Shown piece by piece: positions 62,615-64,000 of a stretch of 64,000 nt of DNA. Numbering within the stretch: the first letter of the stretch is position 1; the number at the start of each line of letters is the position of its first letter. The notes beneath the pieces were generated by a model. It had not been told where the DNA came from, searched no databases, and was given only the letters and a program-made list of their open reading frames with translations. Origin of the DNA: an uncultured Ignavibacteriales bacterium (GTDB lineage: Bacteria; Zixibacteria; MSB-5A5; GN15; FEB-12); NCBI GenBank assembly GCA_964544635.1, contig CAZJCK010000003.1, forward strand, positions 19,973 through 83,972, in the 5' to 3' direction. Both the position numbers and the translations under genes were made by a program.

Positions 62615-63285
62615 TTTTCTTCTCCCAGGTAGGAACGTTCCACACCGAGGATCAGTCGCAACGACATCGCGATCACCCCGAGGCCGATGCCGATCATGAT
62701 GGCACGCTGGCCGGCAAGGTTGGGGCCTTTCATGATCAGGATGGCCATATTGGGAATTTCCAGAGCCGAAAGGGCATCCGGAATCCAGGCGGTAAGCATC
62801 ATACCGAACGGTGTTCGACCGAGCAGGATGATAAAGGCGGCGACCAGCAGCAAGGTGGCTTCACGGTTCTTGGCCCGGAAGGCGCGGTAGGAGGCCGACG
62901 CGACGAAGAACGCCAGCAAGGAGTACATCGTCGACTGGAGCGGATTGATGACATAGTTGAAAACCGTCTGGAACCACATGCCTTCAGAGGTCACGCTGGT
63001 GGTGATATCGCCGGGGTTGCCGACTTTGAACAGCCCAATGATGAGCATGAACAGGAAGCCGGCGACGGTAACGGCGGAGAAGCCCCAGTCTTTCTTCTGA
63101 TTGATCAGCTTGGTCGTATGGACACGCATCAGGTTGCCGCCGCCAAGGAAGAAGGCGAAGACGGCGATGATATCGAAGAAGACGGTGAACTCTTCACCGA
63201 GGCCTTCCGCCGGCGGGATGAAGACTGAAAAGATCAGCACGACACCGACGACAAACGTTATGACCAGCGGAACTACTCTACGCAT
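62611..63285 (-). CDS. Module subunit C (copy 2)
   Basis: 224 aa with LLAFFVASASYRAFRAKN, NLAGQRAIMIGIGLG and ILGVERSYLG. Confidence 0.75.
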   Translation of the reverse strand: MRRVVPLVITFVVGVVLIFSVFIPPAEGLGEEFTVFFDIIAVFAFFLGGGNLMRVHTTKLINQKKDWGFSAVTVAGFLFMLIIGLFKVGNPGDITTSVTSEGMWFQTVFNYVINPLQSTMYSLLAFFVASASYRAFRAKNREATLLLVAAFIILLGRTPFGMMLTAWIPDALSALEIPNMAILIMKGPNLAGQRAIMIGIGLGVIAMSLRLILGVERSYLGEEK

Positions 63286-63296
63286 ACCACATCATC

Positions 63297-64000
63297 CTAC
63301 TGTGTCTCAAAAATCCTGATCATGAAGTCGGTAATTTCCTGCATAATCGGCAGGTCCCACGCTTCCGAGAAAGTAAGGCCGATCGTTCCGATGATGATGG
63401 CGACCATGGCGATTCCCTTGCCGACATCCTGGCCCTTCAGCGAGCCGAGCTGGCGCGGTTCCCCCGACAGATAGGCCGAGGCGGCGAACAGTTCTTCCCC
63501 GATGAGTGTAAAGTCGCAGGCGGCGATAAAGAACGGCAGCTGCGCCGGCCGGGCGGTGCCGGCAATCTGGATGGCGCCGATCGAGTTACCGGTCTCGGCA
63601 AGAATCAGCGATTCGGCGAAGAAGGCGCCCAGCAAAAAAATGGTGGCCGGCTTTTCGCGCACCATGATACCGTCGACGGCCGCGACATACCCAAACTGTT
63701 CGTCGGTCACATAGTTGACCATGTCATCGCTGTAGGCATCGGGCCGACCAGCCGACATGTACGACGCTTTTATCGTTTCACGGGCGGCGGTCATGACCAG
63801 CGATCGGGAGACCGGCATGAAAATGCGGGAATCGTAATCAGCGATGGTGCGCGAGATGCGACCGAGGATAGTCAGGGCGGCCAGGGTCTGGACATCGTCG
63901 AGATCGTGAATACCCGGGATGAAGAGCACCGGGCGGCCCATTTCGGTGGCGCGACCGACCGCTTCGTCGATCGCCTCGAGGCCGGCGATCTTGCGCACAA
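63297..64000 (-). CDS. Module subunit D (copy 2), 5'-truncated by the window edge
   Basis: The reading frame is open to the window end. Aligns with the C-terminal domain of D1 starting from its RPLAGIEAVDE region, so the N-terminus lies beyond 64000. Confidence 0.7.
   Translation of the reverse strand, partial: VRKIAGLEAIDEAVGRATEMGRPVLFIPGIHDLDDVQTLAALTILGRISRTIADYDSRIFMPVSRSLVMTAARETIKASYMSAGRPDAYSDDMVNYVTDEQFGYVAAVDGIMVREKPATIFLLGAFFAESLILAETGNSIGAIQIAGTARPAQLPFFIAACDFTLIGEELFAASAYLSGEPRQLGSLKGQDVGKGIAMVAIIIGTIGLTFSEAWDLPIMQEITDFMIRIFETQ

Overview
GC-rich bacterial chromosomal window, judged by eye from an uncultivated lineage; I cannot assign taxonomy from sequence alone. It is densely coding and mostly on the minus strand. 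Recognisable content: the complex I genes nuoA-G (nuoG runs off the left edge); a long minus-strand run of housekeeping and envelope genes (PHP and HD hydrolases, MFS transporter, an outer-membrane barrel / HExxH secreted-protein operon, formimidoyltransferase, LMW-PTP, TsaC, SPOR protein, mannose-1-P guanylyltransferase); an amino-acid fermentation cluster (iorAB-buk-ptb-ptb); a complete Rrf2-controlled suf operon (sufCBD-Rieske-sufS-sufU-sufT); a MacAB-like ABC efflux set; lipB with an orphan E2; nadA; an oxidative-stress cluster (FNR-like reductase, peroxiredoxin, split rubrerythrin); gltX; and ppdK. Many long ORFs in the supplied track are antisense shadow ORFs of a GC-rich genome, and many track starts are over-extended. 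I re-called starts where an RBS or gene junction supported it. The best candidates for something undescribed are two. First, at 56.7-64 kb, a four-gene integral-membrane module occurs twice in tandem (8 genes, one terminator), and I cannot place it in any known transporter or machine family. Second, at 28.4-29.5 kb, a 1.1-kb non-coding island holds a near-identical tandem pair of a 214-bp highly structured element, flanked by two other repeat families that recur at 22 kb and 44 kb. Lesser observations: a Lys/Thr-rich tail obligatorily fused to PPDK, two perfect TGTGA-N6-TCACA sites, a split rubrerythrin with an unlisted 49-aa ORF, and a translationally coupled envelope operon. No CRISPR array, tRNA, rRNA or transposase was found.
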